Of a stretch of DNA of 64,000 nucleotides, positions 19,576 through 28,210 are shown piece after piece. Within the stretch, counting starts at the first letter, position 1; each line of letters opens with the position of its first letter. The position numbers and the translations under genes were made by a program. The stretch covers positions 2,272,001-2,336,000 of the forward strand of contig OY843592.1 of assembly GCA_963692865.2 (NCBI GenBank), in the 5' to 3' direction. The DNA comes from a bacterium (GTDB lineage Bacteria; UBA8248). Under the pieces are notes generated by a model. That model was not told where the DNA came from. It saw only the letters and a list, made by a program, of their open reading frames with translations, and made no database searches.

Positions 19576-20664
19576 ATGGAAAACGGCAAGCAGCCCATCG
19601 AATACGCCTGGTACCTGCCCTCGAACCAGAGGGGCGACGCCACCCGCCTCGGCACGGGAGAGGTGGAGATACCGCCCGAGATCGACTATCTCGTCCACGT
19701 CGCGAAGACGGCGGAGGCGAGCGGACTCACCAACATGCTCATCCCGTGCAACACCTCGTGCTCGGACGGCTGGCTCCTCGCTTCTGCGATCGCCCGCGAA
19801 ACGCAGAGTATAAAATTCTGCGTCGCCATCCGGCCCGGCCTCACCACGCCGACCTTCGCCGTTCAGCAGGCGAACACGCTCGATTTCATCTCGGGCGGCA
19901 GATTGACGGTGAACGTCGTGCCCGGCGGATCCTCGGTGGACGCGCGCCGCTACGGGGACTGGGCGGATCACGACGGGCGCTACGAGCGCGCCGATGAGTT
20001 TCTGGACATCGTGCGCGCCTTCTGGGCGGATGACGACCGGGTGAACTACGAGGGGGCGCACTACCGGGTGGAGGACGGCTTCGTCTTCCCCGGCCCCGCG
20101 CGGCCGGGCGGGCCGCCGCTTTATTTCGGGGGAAGCTCGCCCGCGGCCAAGAAGGTAATCGCCAAGCACGCCGACGTTTTTCTCAAGTGGGGCGAACCCC
20201 CCTGGCAGATCGCCGAGGAATACGAGGAGGTGAAGCAGATGGCGCGCGAGGCGCATGGCCGCGAGTTGAGACTCGGCGTGCGCTTCCACATCCTCGTGCG
20301 CGAGGACGACGCGCAGGCGAAGGAGGAGGCCGAGGCCATCATCGCGGGCACGGCCTCCTACGGGGAGAGCTCCTCGGTCACCGGCCAGGTGGCCGGGCAA
20401 GTGGAGTCCGTCTCCCAGCAGCGCATGAACGCCATGACGGCGGAGGGGAAGCTCTGGCACGGCCCGGCGCTTTTCTCGGGCATCAACCTCGTGCGGCAGG
20501 GGGCGGGCACCATGCTGGTGGGCAGCCCCGGGGTGGTGGCCGACGCCATGCGCGAATACATCGAAGTCGGCGCGACCACGTTCATTCTATCCGGCTGGCC
20601 GCATGACCAGGAGGCGCGTAATTTCGGGAAATACCTTCTGCCGCTGTTGCCGGAGGCGGTGTGA
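19576..20664 (+). CDS. LLM class flavin-dependent monooxygenase (SsuD-like)
   Basis: AIRPG, TLDFISGGRLTVNVV, HDGRYERADEFL, PPLYFGGSS, LVGSP, FILSG. Confidence 0.9.
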   Translation: MENGKQPIEYAWYLPSNQRGDATRLGTGEVEIPPEIDYLVHVAKTAEASGLTNMLIPCNTSCSDGWLLASAIARETQSIKFCVAIRPGLTTPTFAVQQANTLDFISGGRLTVNVVPGGSSVDARRYGDWADHDGRYERADEFLDIVRAFWADDDRVNYEGAHYRVEDGFVFPGPARPGGPPLYFGGSSPAAKKVIAKHADVFLKWGEPPWQIAEEYEEVKQMAREAHGRELRLGVRFHILVREDDAQAKEEAEAIIAGTASYGESSSVTGQVAGQVESVSQQRMNAMTAEGKLWHGPALFSGINLVRQGAGTMLVGSPGVVADAMREYIEVGATTFILSGWPHDQEARNFGKYLLPLLPEAV

Positions 20665-20670
20665 GGATTT

Positions 20671-21070
20671 TGTAGGGGCGGACCTATGTGTCCGCCCTGG
20701 TTATGGCGAAGAAATTTGCAGGGGCGGTTCGCGAACCGCTCCTACGGGTGGTGGCGACCAACGCACGAGGACAGGCACGGGGGCCTGTCCCTACGGTTTC
20801 GTATTCCCTATGCGCCAGAATTGGAAATCGCCGTCATTCCGGCGAAAGCCGGAATCCAGAGCAGACGGGGATACCGAATCGCAGGACGACCAAGAAAAAC
20901 GATAAGGCCAGAAAAGACAAATACAAAATCAAAGTCCCTGGATTCCGGCATACGCCGGAATGACGACAAACATCATTGGGGAAGTTGGTTTTGTAGGGGA
21001 GAACCTATGTGTTCTCCCGTGCGGAGGTGGATGTCATGAAATTGGGCGGACACACAGGTCCGCCCCTACG
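20671..21070. repeat. mosaic cluster of GTAG and CGTC REP palindromes
   Basis: Five GTAG-type halves or palindromes and an inverted CGTC doublet (20831-20859, 20938-20965) between convergent genes. Confidence 0.8.
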
Positions 21071-21106
21071 AGAATCGCAATCGCTCCTTCTTCAGTCGCG
21101 ATTGAC

Positions 21107-22054
21107 CTACCTCTCAATCAAAATATCCCCCGAAATCGACGCCAGATCCTTGCAACCCGCGAGTACCATGGACTTTTCGAGTTCGAACTGCATGAGTTCG
21201 AGCATCTCTGCCACGCCCGCGGGCCCGCCCGCGAACAGGCCGAGCACGAGCGCCCGGCCCGAGGTGACGCCCCTGGCGCCGCGGGCGAGGAGTTTCAGCA
21301 CGTCGTCGCCTCTGCGGACGCCGCTTTCGGCCAGCACGAGCACGTCGTCTCCCACGGCGTCCGCGACTTCGGGCAGGATTTCCATGGGATGCGCCCAGGA
21401 GGGCCCGTGCGCGCCCCCGTGCGTGGTGACGATGACCGCCGCGGCCCCTGCGTCGCGCGCGATGCGCGCGGAATCGGCGGAACCCACCGCCTTGAAGACG
21501 AAGGGAAGCCCCGTGGCCTTCACGTAGCCCTCGAGCGCGTCCGCTCTCTGGGGTTCGCATTCGGGGTTGTAGAAGCCGGACTCGAAATCCATGCCCACGG
21601 CGAAAGCGCCGGTGTCTTCGGCGAGTTTCAAGGACGTAAGCGTGCGCCGCCTGTCGCGCCAGGGCTTCACGATGCGGATAGCGGAGGGAAAGGCGGCGGC
21701 CGCCTCGCGCCAAGCGTCGTCCGTGCAGTCGCCTATCCAGTACTGCGTCCCGAAGTGCGCCGCGCCCTCCGCGACCTGGAGGAACCCGTCCGCCCAGTGG
21801 GCCGCCAGCGTGTTCGCGCTCATCGAACCCGTCATGATGGGGGTTTTGAGCTTCTTGCCGAGGAAGTCGAATTCGGTGTCCGCCGTATCGGTGAGCATCA
21901 GGCGCATCCTGAGGCCGAAGCGCGCAAAGCCGGCGAGCGCGGTCTGCGTGCCGGGCAGGTCGGGACCCAGGATGTCGTAGGGATTCCCTAAGCCCGATTT
22001 TTCCAGGTTCTCACGCGCCCGCTCATAAATCTCCCGATACGCCGCCTCCGTCAT
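21107..22054 (-). CDS. FMN-dependent alpha-hydroxy-acid oxidase family protein
   Basis: FLGKKLKTPI, LPFVFK, THGG, SGVRRGDDVLKLLARGA, GRA. Confidence 0.82.
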   Translation of the reverse strand: MTEAAYREIYERARENLEKSGLGNPYDILGPDLPGTQTALAGFARFGLRMRLMLTDTADTEFDFLGKKLKTPIMTGSMSANTLAAHWADGFLQVAEGAAHFGTQYWIGDCTDDAWREAAAAFPSAIRIVKPWRDRRRTLTSLKLAEDTGAFAVGMDFESGFYNPECEPQRADALEGYVKATGLPFVFKAVGSADSARIARDAGAAAVIVTTHGGAHGPSWAHPMEILPEVADAVGDDVLVLAESGVRRGDDVLKLLARGARGVTSGRALVLGLFAGGPAGVAEMLELMQFELEKSMVLAGCKDLASISGDILIER

Positions 22055-22211
22055 CTCCGCTTCTCCTTTCTCGCCAAAAACAAGAAATTTCAGGTTCCCG
22101 CCCGCTCTGCCGGCGTTTGGCGGATTCGCGCCCCTGGGCTATCATTCCGCCCAAAAGATTCTTGGACGACAACCCACATCGCCGTTCGGACATCCCGAGG
22201 AGGACATCGCC

Positions 22212-22520
22212 ATGATGATGGTCATTCTACACTATCCCGCCGTCGCGCCCACGCTCGCCGAGGTCCGCGCGGACAAGGAGCAGGCCGCCGCCTTTTTCGA
22301 GAACGAGGTGCCCGGCCTCATCGACAAGACCTGGGGCATGAACGAGGAGACGGGCCGCATGGCGTCGGTCTACCACTTCGAGGACAAGGCCACCGCCGAC
22401 GCCTGGTTCAATTCCGAGAAGCAGCGCAGCTTTCGCCGGGCGAACAACGCGAGCCTCGAATACTTCGACGTGGCCGCCATCGCGTTCACGAAGCCGCTGC
22501 GGGAAGAGGAGACGGCGTAG
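22212..22520 (+). CDS. YdhR-like putative monooxygenase (dimeric alpha-beta barrel)
   Basis: VPGLIDKTW.MNEETG...VYHFED..TADAW; gaggagg RBS. Confidence 0.7.
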   Translation: MMMVILHYPAVAPTLAEVRADKEQAAAFFENEVPGLIDKTWGMNEETGRMASVYHFEDKATADAWFNSEKQRSFRRANNASLEYFDVAAIAFTKPLREEETA

Positions 22521-22686
22521 GGTTCGTAGGGGCGGAGCTTCTTGGGATAGCGAACCCGGGAAAAGAGAGGTTGCTCCTTGTTGACGTGCTCCCGCGTACA
22601 TGCCCGAAGATTGTTACGCCTTGGTTCGAAGTTTCAAAGCCTTCGATTGAGCGCCGTATCCAAGAAATTCCAGATGGAAAGCATGG

Positions 22687-23943
22687 ATGATTACACTTGT
22701 TGAAGCTCTGAATTATCGCTGTTTGCGGTATGTGTCGAGACCCCTCGATCCGTTTCACGTTCTGGTCGGTCCAAACGCCAGCGGCAAGACGACCTTTCTC
22801 GACGTCGTCGGTTTTCTTCGGGATCTGGTAGCCGAGGGATTGGATGAGGCGTTATCCGGCCGAACCACGAACCCGGAGGAACTCCTCTTTCGGCGTCAGG
22901 GAGAGAAGCTGGAACTTGCCGTCGAGGCCCTTATCCCCGATGAGTTGCGCGAGCAGACGGCGAAACCGGAAATGGGCACGGCGCGTTATGAAGTGGCCGT
23001 CGGTTTCGACGAAACAAAGCGCCAGTTCGAGTTCAAGGCCGAGAAGTTCCTGCTCAAGAAAACTCAGGCCAAAGAACCACCCCAACATTCGCTATTCCCC
23101 ATGCCTCAAGACGCGCCGGTGTCGCTTCTGACGAAAAGCGGATCGAATTACAAAACGGTTGTCAATAAAGTGCCGGGGGGGAATGATAATTTTTACAGCG
23201 AAGTTTACCATCGGAGTGGAAGGGGCTGGACCCCCTCGTTCAAGCTCGGACCGCAAAAATCGGCTCTCGGCAATCTTCCAGCGGACGCAAAGACCCTCCC
23301 GGTAGCTTCGTGGTTTCGAGAATATCTGAGTACCGGTGTGCAGCAGTTTATTCTGAACAGCCTCGCGATCAGACAACCCAGCCCGCCTACCCGGGTTACC
23401 GGTTTTTTGCCCAATGGGTCGAATTTGCCCTGGGTGGTCGCCCGTCTGCGGCAAGAAAACAAAGACAGGCATGGTGACTGGATCGCGCACCTTCGGACGG
23501 CGCTCGACGATCTCGTAGACATCACGACCATTGAGCGTCCGGAGGACAAACATTGCTATATGGTCTATGAGTATATGGGTGGTTTGAAAGTGCCTTCCTG
23601 GATGGTGTCCGACGGCACGCTCCGGCTGACGGCGCTGACCTTGCCTGCTTACCTCGACGAGCTCAAAGGAATCTATTTGATCGAAGAGCCGGAAAACGGC
23701 ATCCACCCACGCGCCGTGGCGACAGTTTATGACTCCCTCTCCTCGGTGTATTCGGCCCAGGTGCTGCTGGCGACTCATTCACCGGTGGTCTTGAGCGAAG
23801 CCGAAATTGACGACGTGCTGTGCTTCGCCAAGGATGATACGGGAGCGACGGATATCGTTCTCGGTTCCAACCATCCCAAGCTACAGCAGTGGCACGGAGA
23901 AGCCGATCTTGGGACTTTGCTCGCCTCAGGGGTTTTGGGTTGA
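22687..23943 (+). CDS. AAA_21/OLD-type ABC ATPase, candidate defence (MAD3-like)
   Basis: GPNASGKTT, VSDGTLRL, IEEPENGIHP, ATHSP; lower GC than flanks. Confidence 0.85.
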   Translation: MITLVEALNYRCLRYVSRPLDPFHVLVGPNASGKTTFLDVVGFLRDLVAEGLDEALSGRTTNPEELLFRRQGEKLELAVEALIPDELREQTAKPEMGTARYEVAVGFDETKRQFEFKAEKFLLKKTQAKEPPQHSLFPMPQDAPVSLLTKSGSNYKTVVNKVPGGNDNFYSEVYHRSGRGWTPSFKLGPQKSALGNLPADAKTLPVASWFREYLSTGVQQFILNSLAIRQPSPPTRVTGFLPNGSNLPWVVARLRQENKDRHGDWIAHLRTALDDLVDITTIERPEDKHCYMVYEYMGGLKVPSWMVSDGTLRLTALTLPAYLDELKGIYLIEEPENGIHPRAVATVYDSLSSVYSAQVLLATHSPVVLSEAEIDDVLCFAKDDTGATDIVLGSNHPKLQQWHGEADLGTLLASGVLG

Positions 23944-24551
23944 AAGACCTGGTCATTGTCGTTGCCAACAAAAACCTGGAACATGCCCTGAACGGATTGC
24001 TTTCCAGGCCGGAGGCATTGGGCATCCGGGCCGTCGAAGCGGATATCTACCGACATCCGCAACACGATCCCGGCTGTGCGGCGCACGGTGTTGAATTCAT
24101 TTCCAATTTCGCCGGGCAGTATCGCTACGGTTTGCTCATGTTCGATCATGAAGGAAGTGGAAAGGAGGAAACTACTCCCCAGGCGTTGCAAGAAAGCCTG
24201 AATGAGAGTTTCGCCATATCGGCATGGCTCGAACGGGCCAAGGCTATTGTAATTTTTCCTGAGCTTGAGGTGTGGATTTGGGCCAACTCTCCGCACGTCG
24301 ACGAAGTGGCCGGTTGGCGAGGCCGGGACCCCGACCTTCGCCGCTGGTTGGTCGATCAAGGCTATTGGCAAGAGGGCGAGGTCAAACCTTTGCGGCCCAA
24401 AGAGGCTTTTGAAGCGGCCTTGCGGGAAGCGCAAAAACCTCGCAGCGCTTCCTTGTATCTCCAGATTGCGGAAAAGGTTTCCCTCCGCCGATGCGCGGAT
24501 ACGGCCTTCATGGAATTAAAAAGCATCCTGAGCAATTGGTTTCCTCCCTAG
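23940..24551 (+). CDS. ATPase partner protein, MAD4/DUF4276 (TOPRIM)-like
   Basis: TTG start overlaps the ATPase stop; DLVIVVA, HPQHDPG, FDHEG, PELEVW, RPKEA motifs; family call from recall. Confidence 0.6.
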   Translation: MKDLVIVVANKNLEHALNGLLSRPEALGIRAVEADIYRHPQHDPGCAAHGVEFISNFAGQYRYGLLMFDHEGSGKEETTPQALQESLNESFAISAWLERAKAIVIFPELEVWIWANSPHVDEVAGWRGRDPDLRRWLVDQGYWQEGEVKPLRPKEAFEAALREAQKPRSASLYLQIAEKVSLRRCADTAFMELKSILSNWFPP

Positions 24552-24686
24552 GAAAAAATTCAACGAGAGGTCGATATGGCAACAAAATATTCGCGGAAGC
24601 CCAGTCATGCCTCCGGGAGGGAAATCATGAAAGATGTATGGAAGAACAAAACGACCGGCGTCTGTGTCAGGCGGCGTCCGGCGGCC

Positions 24687-25793
24687 ATGCGATGGCTCAT
24701 CGCATTGCTGCTCTTGGCGCTCTGCGCCGCGCCGGGATGGGCGGCGGTGCGGCGGACGGCGGCAGGCCCGGTTTCCGTCGAGAAGATGGCGGGGAACCTC
24801 GATACGCCCTGGGGGCTGGCGTTCCTGCCGGGCGGCGCGTTCCTGGTAACCGAGCGCGGGGGCGCGCTGTTTCACTTCGACGCCGAACGCCGGAGGACGA
24901 AAATCTCGGGCGTCCCGAAAGTCTACGCCTGGGGGCAGGGCGGACTGATGGACGTCGCCGCCGCAAGGAATTTTCCCGAAACCCGCGAGATTTTCCTCAC
25001 CTATTCGAAACCCCACCGACGCGGCGGCGGAGGCACGGCGCTGGCCGTCGCCGCGCTCTCGGCCGACAGCAGAAGGCTTGAGAACCTGCGCGTCATATTC
25101 GAGATGGCGGCGCCCTCCCGGGGAGGCCGGCATTTCGGCTCGCGGGTCGTGGAGGCGCCCGACGGCGCGCTTTTTCTCACGCTGGGCGAGCGGGGAGACC
25201 CCGATACGGCGCAGGACCTCTCCCTCCACCACGGCAAGATAATCCGGGTCCGGCGCGACGGGAGCGTTCCGCCGGACAACCCGTTCGTGGGAAAAGCGGG
25301 AGCGCGGCCTGAAATCTGGAGCCTGGGCCACAGGAACCCGCAGGGGGCGGCGCTCGACGCGGCGGGCGCGCTCTGGGCCGTCGAGCACGGCGCGCGGGGA
25401 GGGGACGAGATAAACCGGGTGAGGAAGGGCGCGAACTACGGCTGGCCCGTCATCGCCTACGGCCGCCACTACTGGGGCGGAAAAATCGGCGAGGGCCGCG
25501 CGAAAGAGGGAATGGAGCAGCCCGATTTCTACTGGGACCCCTCCATCGCGCCCTGCGGAATGGCCATCTATTCGGGGCGGCTCCGGCCGGCCTGGCGCGG
25601 GCATTTCTTCGTCGCCTCGCTGAAATACGACCATATCTCCCGCCTCGATCCCAAGGGCGGCTTCCGGGAGGTGGAGCGCATGGCGTTTCCCGAGACGGGC
25701 CGCGTGCGCGACGTGATCGAGGCGCCCGACGGGACGCTCTGGTTCCTCTCCGAGGAGCGGGAGGCGGTCTACAGGATCACGCCTTTGAGGTAG
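24687..25793 (+). CDS. PQQ-dependent soluble aldose sugar dehydrogenase (YliI/GSDH family)
   Basis: PWGLAFLP, GQGGLMDV, HFGSR, GERG, SLGHRNPQG, EHGARGGDEIN, NYGWP, RVRDV. Confidence 0.92.
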   Translation: MRWLIALLLLALCAAPGWAAVRRTAAGPVSVEKMAGNLDTPWGLAFLPGGAFLVTERGGALFHFDAERRRTKISGVPKVYAWGQGGLMDVAAARNFPETREIFLTYSKPHRRGGGGTALAVAALSADSRRLENLRVIFEMAAPSRGGRHFGSRVVEAPDGALFLTLGERGDPDTAQDLSLHHGKIIRVRRDGSVPPDNPFVGKAGARPEIWSLGHRNPQGAALDAAGALWAVEHGARGGDEINRVRKGANYGWPVIAYGRHYWGGKIGEGRAKEGMEQPDFYWDPSIAPCGMAIYSGRLRPAWRGHFFVASLKYDHISRLDPKGGFREVERMAFPETGRVRDVIEAPDGTLWFLSEEREAVYRITPLR

Positions 25794-25796
25794 GGG
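25728..25796 (+). repeat. direct repeat copy 1 (3' end of sugar dehydrogenase gene)
   Basis: gacgggacgctctggttcctctccgaggagcgggaggcggtctacaggatcacgcctttgaggtaggg, repeated degenerately at 26864-26932. Confidence 0.85.
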
Positions 25797-25866
25797 GTGA
25801 AGAGAAGGCGTCGAGGTTCCCCGCCGCCGGTTCAAGCGAGGGATGGCTTTTTTCAAAGAGATAGCA

Positions 25867-26769
25867 TTAGAAAATTGTCAGGTCGTAAGCGTCAGACAAG
25901 GCGTTTATTTCAGAGGCTTTTTGTTCCATAATGGTTTCGATTTGATTGTGAACTTCATTATACTCCTTGCAGTTTGGCAAGTCCCTTCGGCAGGATTCGG
26001 TGGCCAGCAGAACCAGCCTCTTCTCCTCTAAAGGCTGAATAGCTAAAGCCCGCTCTTTTTCAATCTGACAGGATTTTTTGTAAAATTCATAATAGTTGGT
26101 TTTAAAATGCCTCTTTTTAGGAAGGTTGATACAGCGGTTGGCTGACTCAATAGCTTGGATTAAGCTGTCCTGGGTGTAAGGGTTGTATTTGGAAAATTCA
26201 TCTAAATTCCGGTTTCCCTTGTAGCTGACAGACGTCATCAGATGCTTATTATAAAGGCCGTAAAAGCCAAGAATGTATTTCACATTGTAAAGCTGTGGAA
26301 TGCGGTGATAAGCCCTCAACTCCATTTGATTTTTATTTTCATAGATTTTGTAATCAATTGGCTCACTTAGAGGATAACGGGGATCAAAATTAACAAAAGC
26401 CAAAACCCGGCCGTAAGCATGGATGCCCTCGCTGATTTTATCCACATCTACCGGAAGCTCAAAGTCTCCGCCTGACTCTATGTATTCCGCAATAAAAAGA
26501 GCGGCAAAGACATGATTGTATCTGTCTGCAAGATTGTGCATAAGAAACATCCCCTCATGGGGCTTGCCATTGAGAACCAAACAACCGGCATAGTATATTT
26601 GATTATTAACATTTTTTGAGTCACTTCTATAAAGCCTTTCCGCTTCCTCAAAATCCTCACAGGTATATCTCCCCTTAGTGTAGCTTGTCCCCCAGCCGGA
26701 AGAAGCGAAGCACAGGACGAAAGAAGAGACGAGGGCCGTGAGGAGCAAGGAGAATTTCACCGTTTTCAT
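25867..26769 (-). CDS. hypothetical secreted, Cys-containing helical (TPR/Sel1-like?) protein, AT-rich
   Basis: 300-aa ORF with signal peptide and ggagg RBS; strongly AT-rich mature region. Confidence 0.75.
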   Translation of the reverse strand: MKTVKFSLLLTALVSSFVLCFASSGWGTSYTKGRYTCEDFEEAERLYRSDSKNVNNQIYYAGCLVLNGKPHEGMFLMHNLADRYNHVFAALFIAEYIESGGDFELPVDVDKISEGIHAYGRVLAFVNFDPRYPLSEPIDYKIYENKNQMELRAYHRIPQLYNVKYILGFYGLYNKHLMTSVSYKGNRNLDEFSKYNPYTQDSLIQAIESANRCINLPKKRHFKTNYYEFYKKSCQIEKERALAIQPLEEKRLVLLATESCRRDLPNCKEYNEVHNQIETIMEQKASEINALSDAYDLTIF

Positions 26770-26834
26770 GGTTGCCTCCCGGTGTGCGGCGTTTCGGAGG
26801 GGGCGCGCCGCGCGTGCTTTTGCGTGACGGAATC

Positions 26835-26863
26835 ATTATAGGGCGCGCGGCCCGCGCGGGCAA
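26835..26863 (-). promoter_or_regulatory. sigma70-like promoter of the secreted-protein gene
   Basis: Minus strand TTGCCC-N17-TATAAT. Confidence 0.6.
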
Positions 26864-26932
26864 GACGGGCGCGCTCCGGCTCCCCTCCGGGGAGCGGGAG
26901 GCGGTCTACAGGATCACGCCTTCGAGGTAGGG
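26864..26932 (+). repeat. direct repeat copy 2 (degenerate duplicate of sugar dehydrogenase 3' end)
   Basis: gacgggcgcgctccggctcccctccggggagcgggaggcggtctacaggatcacgccttcgaggtaggg. Confidence 0.85.
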
Positions 26933-26989
26933 AGCGCAATACCAAGGCGGGCGGACATTCAGGTCCGCCCCTACAAGACCCTCGTTGAC

Positions 26990-27014
26990 TTGAGATCACA
27001 AATTGTGATCTCAA
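26990..27014. other. perfect 25-bp palindrome (ORF6N-like LRSQFVIS coding motif)
   Basis: ttgagatcacaa-a-ttgtgatctcaa. Confidence 0.6.
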
Positions 27015-27111
27015 ATCGGGGAGGCGGGCGGTATCCGCGTCTTCCGCTCTGGGTTCCGCAAATCGCTTCCTCCTCGGTTGCGATTGACAAGATCGGTTGC
27101 AAGAATGCCTA

Positions 27112-27140
27112 TTTACGCATCGCGTAAAACCCGGTATAGT
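27112..27140 (+). promoter_or_regulatory. higBA promoter with overlapping operator palindrome
   Basis: TTTACG-N17-TATAGT; inverted repeat tttacgc-atc-gcgtaaa (27112-27128). Confidence 0.6.
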
Positions 27141-27148
27141 TTCATCGT

Positions 27149-27427
27149 ATGATCCGAAGTTTCAGGAACCGGAACACAAGACGATTCTTCGAGGGGCATC
27201 GCGTTGCGGCGTTTCAAGGGTTCGCTGATCAGGCGGTGCGTCGTCTGACTCTGCTGGACAACGCAGAGACGCTCCAGGACTTGGCGGCACTGCGAAGCAA
27301 CCGACTCGAAGCGTTGCGGGGCGATCGTACCGGTCAATACAGCATTCGGATCAATGCGCAGTGGCGCATTTGCTTCCGTTGGGAAGACGACGGACCTTAT
27401 GACGTGGAGATTGTGGACTACCATTGA
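27149..27427 (+). CDS. higB: HigB (RelE/ParE superfamily) toxin
   Basis: MIRSFR, NRLEALRGDR.GQYSIRINAQWRICFRW, VEIVDYH. Confidence 0.93.
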   Translation: MIRSFRNRNTRRFFEGHRVAAFQGFADQAVRRLTLLDNAETLQDLAALRSNRLEALRGDRTGQYSIRINAQWRICFRWEDDGPYDVEIVDYH

Positions 27428-27439
27428 AGGAACAGGCGG

Positions 27440-27745
27440 ATGAACGCGAAAAACGCCATGAGGCCGGTGCATCCGGGCGAGATACTGCGCGAGGAACTCG
27501 ATGCGCTCGGACTCTCGGCCAATGCGCTCTCGAAGGCGCTGGGCGTGCCGGTGAACCGGATAACGACGATACTGAACGGCCGGCGGGGCGTGAGCGCGGA
27601 TACGGCGCTGCGCCTGGCGCGGTATTTCGGAACCACGCCCGAGCTCTGGATGAACCTGCAGAAGACCTGGGAGCTTCGCCGGGCCGAGATTGCGCAGGGC
27701 CGCCGGATCGCCGAGCGGGTGAAGCCCCGGCGAACGGCGGCTTAG
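27440..27745 (+). CDS. higA: HigA family antitoxin (Xre HTH)
   Basis: PVHPGEILREEL, ADTALRLARYFGTTPELWMNLQ. Confidence 0.93.
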   Translation: MNAKNAMRPVHPGEILREELDALGLSANALSKALGVPVNRITTILNGRRGVSADTALRLARYFGTTPELWMNLQKTWELRRAEIAQGRRIAERVKPRRTAA

Positions 27746-27809
27746 GGAAGCGGCTGCGCGCCGGGGCGTTCACGCGCGGCGGGCGGGCGCGCTTGAACTC
27801 TTCCTCATC

Positions 27810-28094
27810 GGGGTTGTTGAAAGACCTATTCCTCTCGCATCAACCATGTTTTACCCGTAGGTCGGACATATATGTCCGACATATCATGCGACCCGGCCTT
27901 TTCGCCCTTCCGGTGGCGGGCCGCATGATATGCGGCCCCTACGATGAGCTCCCGACCGGCCCGCAAGGGTTTTTTCAACGGCCCCTCAAGGGGGGGAGTG
28001 AAGTTTCCTCACTCACTAGTTGGCTAGATAAACCGAATCACGCGATTAAGACTTTTTCGACAACCCCTATCAGGGGGGCTTTTTCAACAACCCC
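27810..28094. mobile_element. nested MITE-like TIR elements with GTAG REP cargo
   Basis: One left TIR (27810) and three right TIR-like ends (ending 27985, 28067, 28094); internal gtaggtcggacatatatgtccgac and gggccgcatgatatgcggcccctac. Confidence 0.55.
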
Positions 28095-28210
28095 GTATAC
28101 GATCCCCGCCGCATCCCTCTGGATGACGATTGCAGGGGCGGGCTGCGTATCCCGCCCGATTTTGGTTGCCCCGTTTCTTCAATCCGGCGAAAGCAATCGG
28201 GCGGGAAGCG

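Noticed and set aside
20671-21070. Possible CRISPR array in the repeat clusters
   Set aside because: Repeats are inverted and heterogeneous, spacing is irregular, and no cas genes are present.
25797-27745. Integron cassette array (foreign gene plus higBA)
   Set aside because: No attC-like RYYYAAC...GTTRRRY structures or intI seen; the genes are in opposite orientations with their own promoters.
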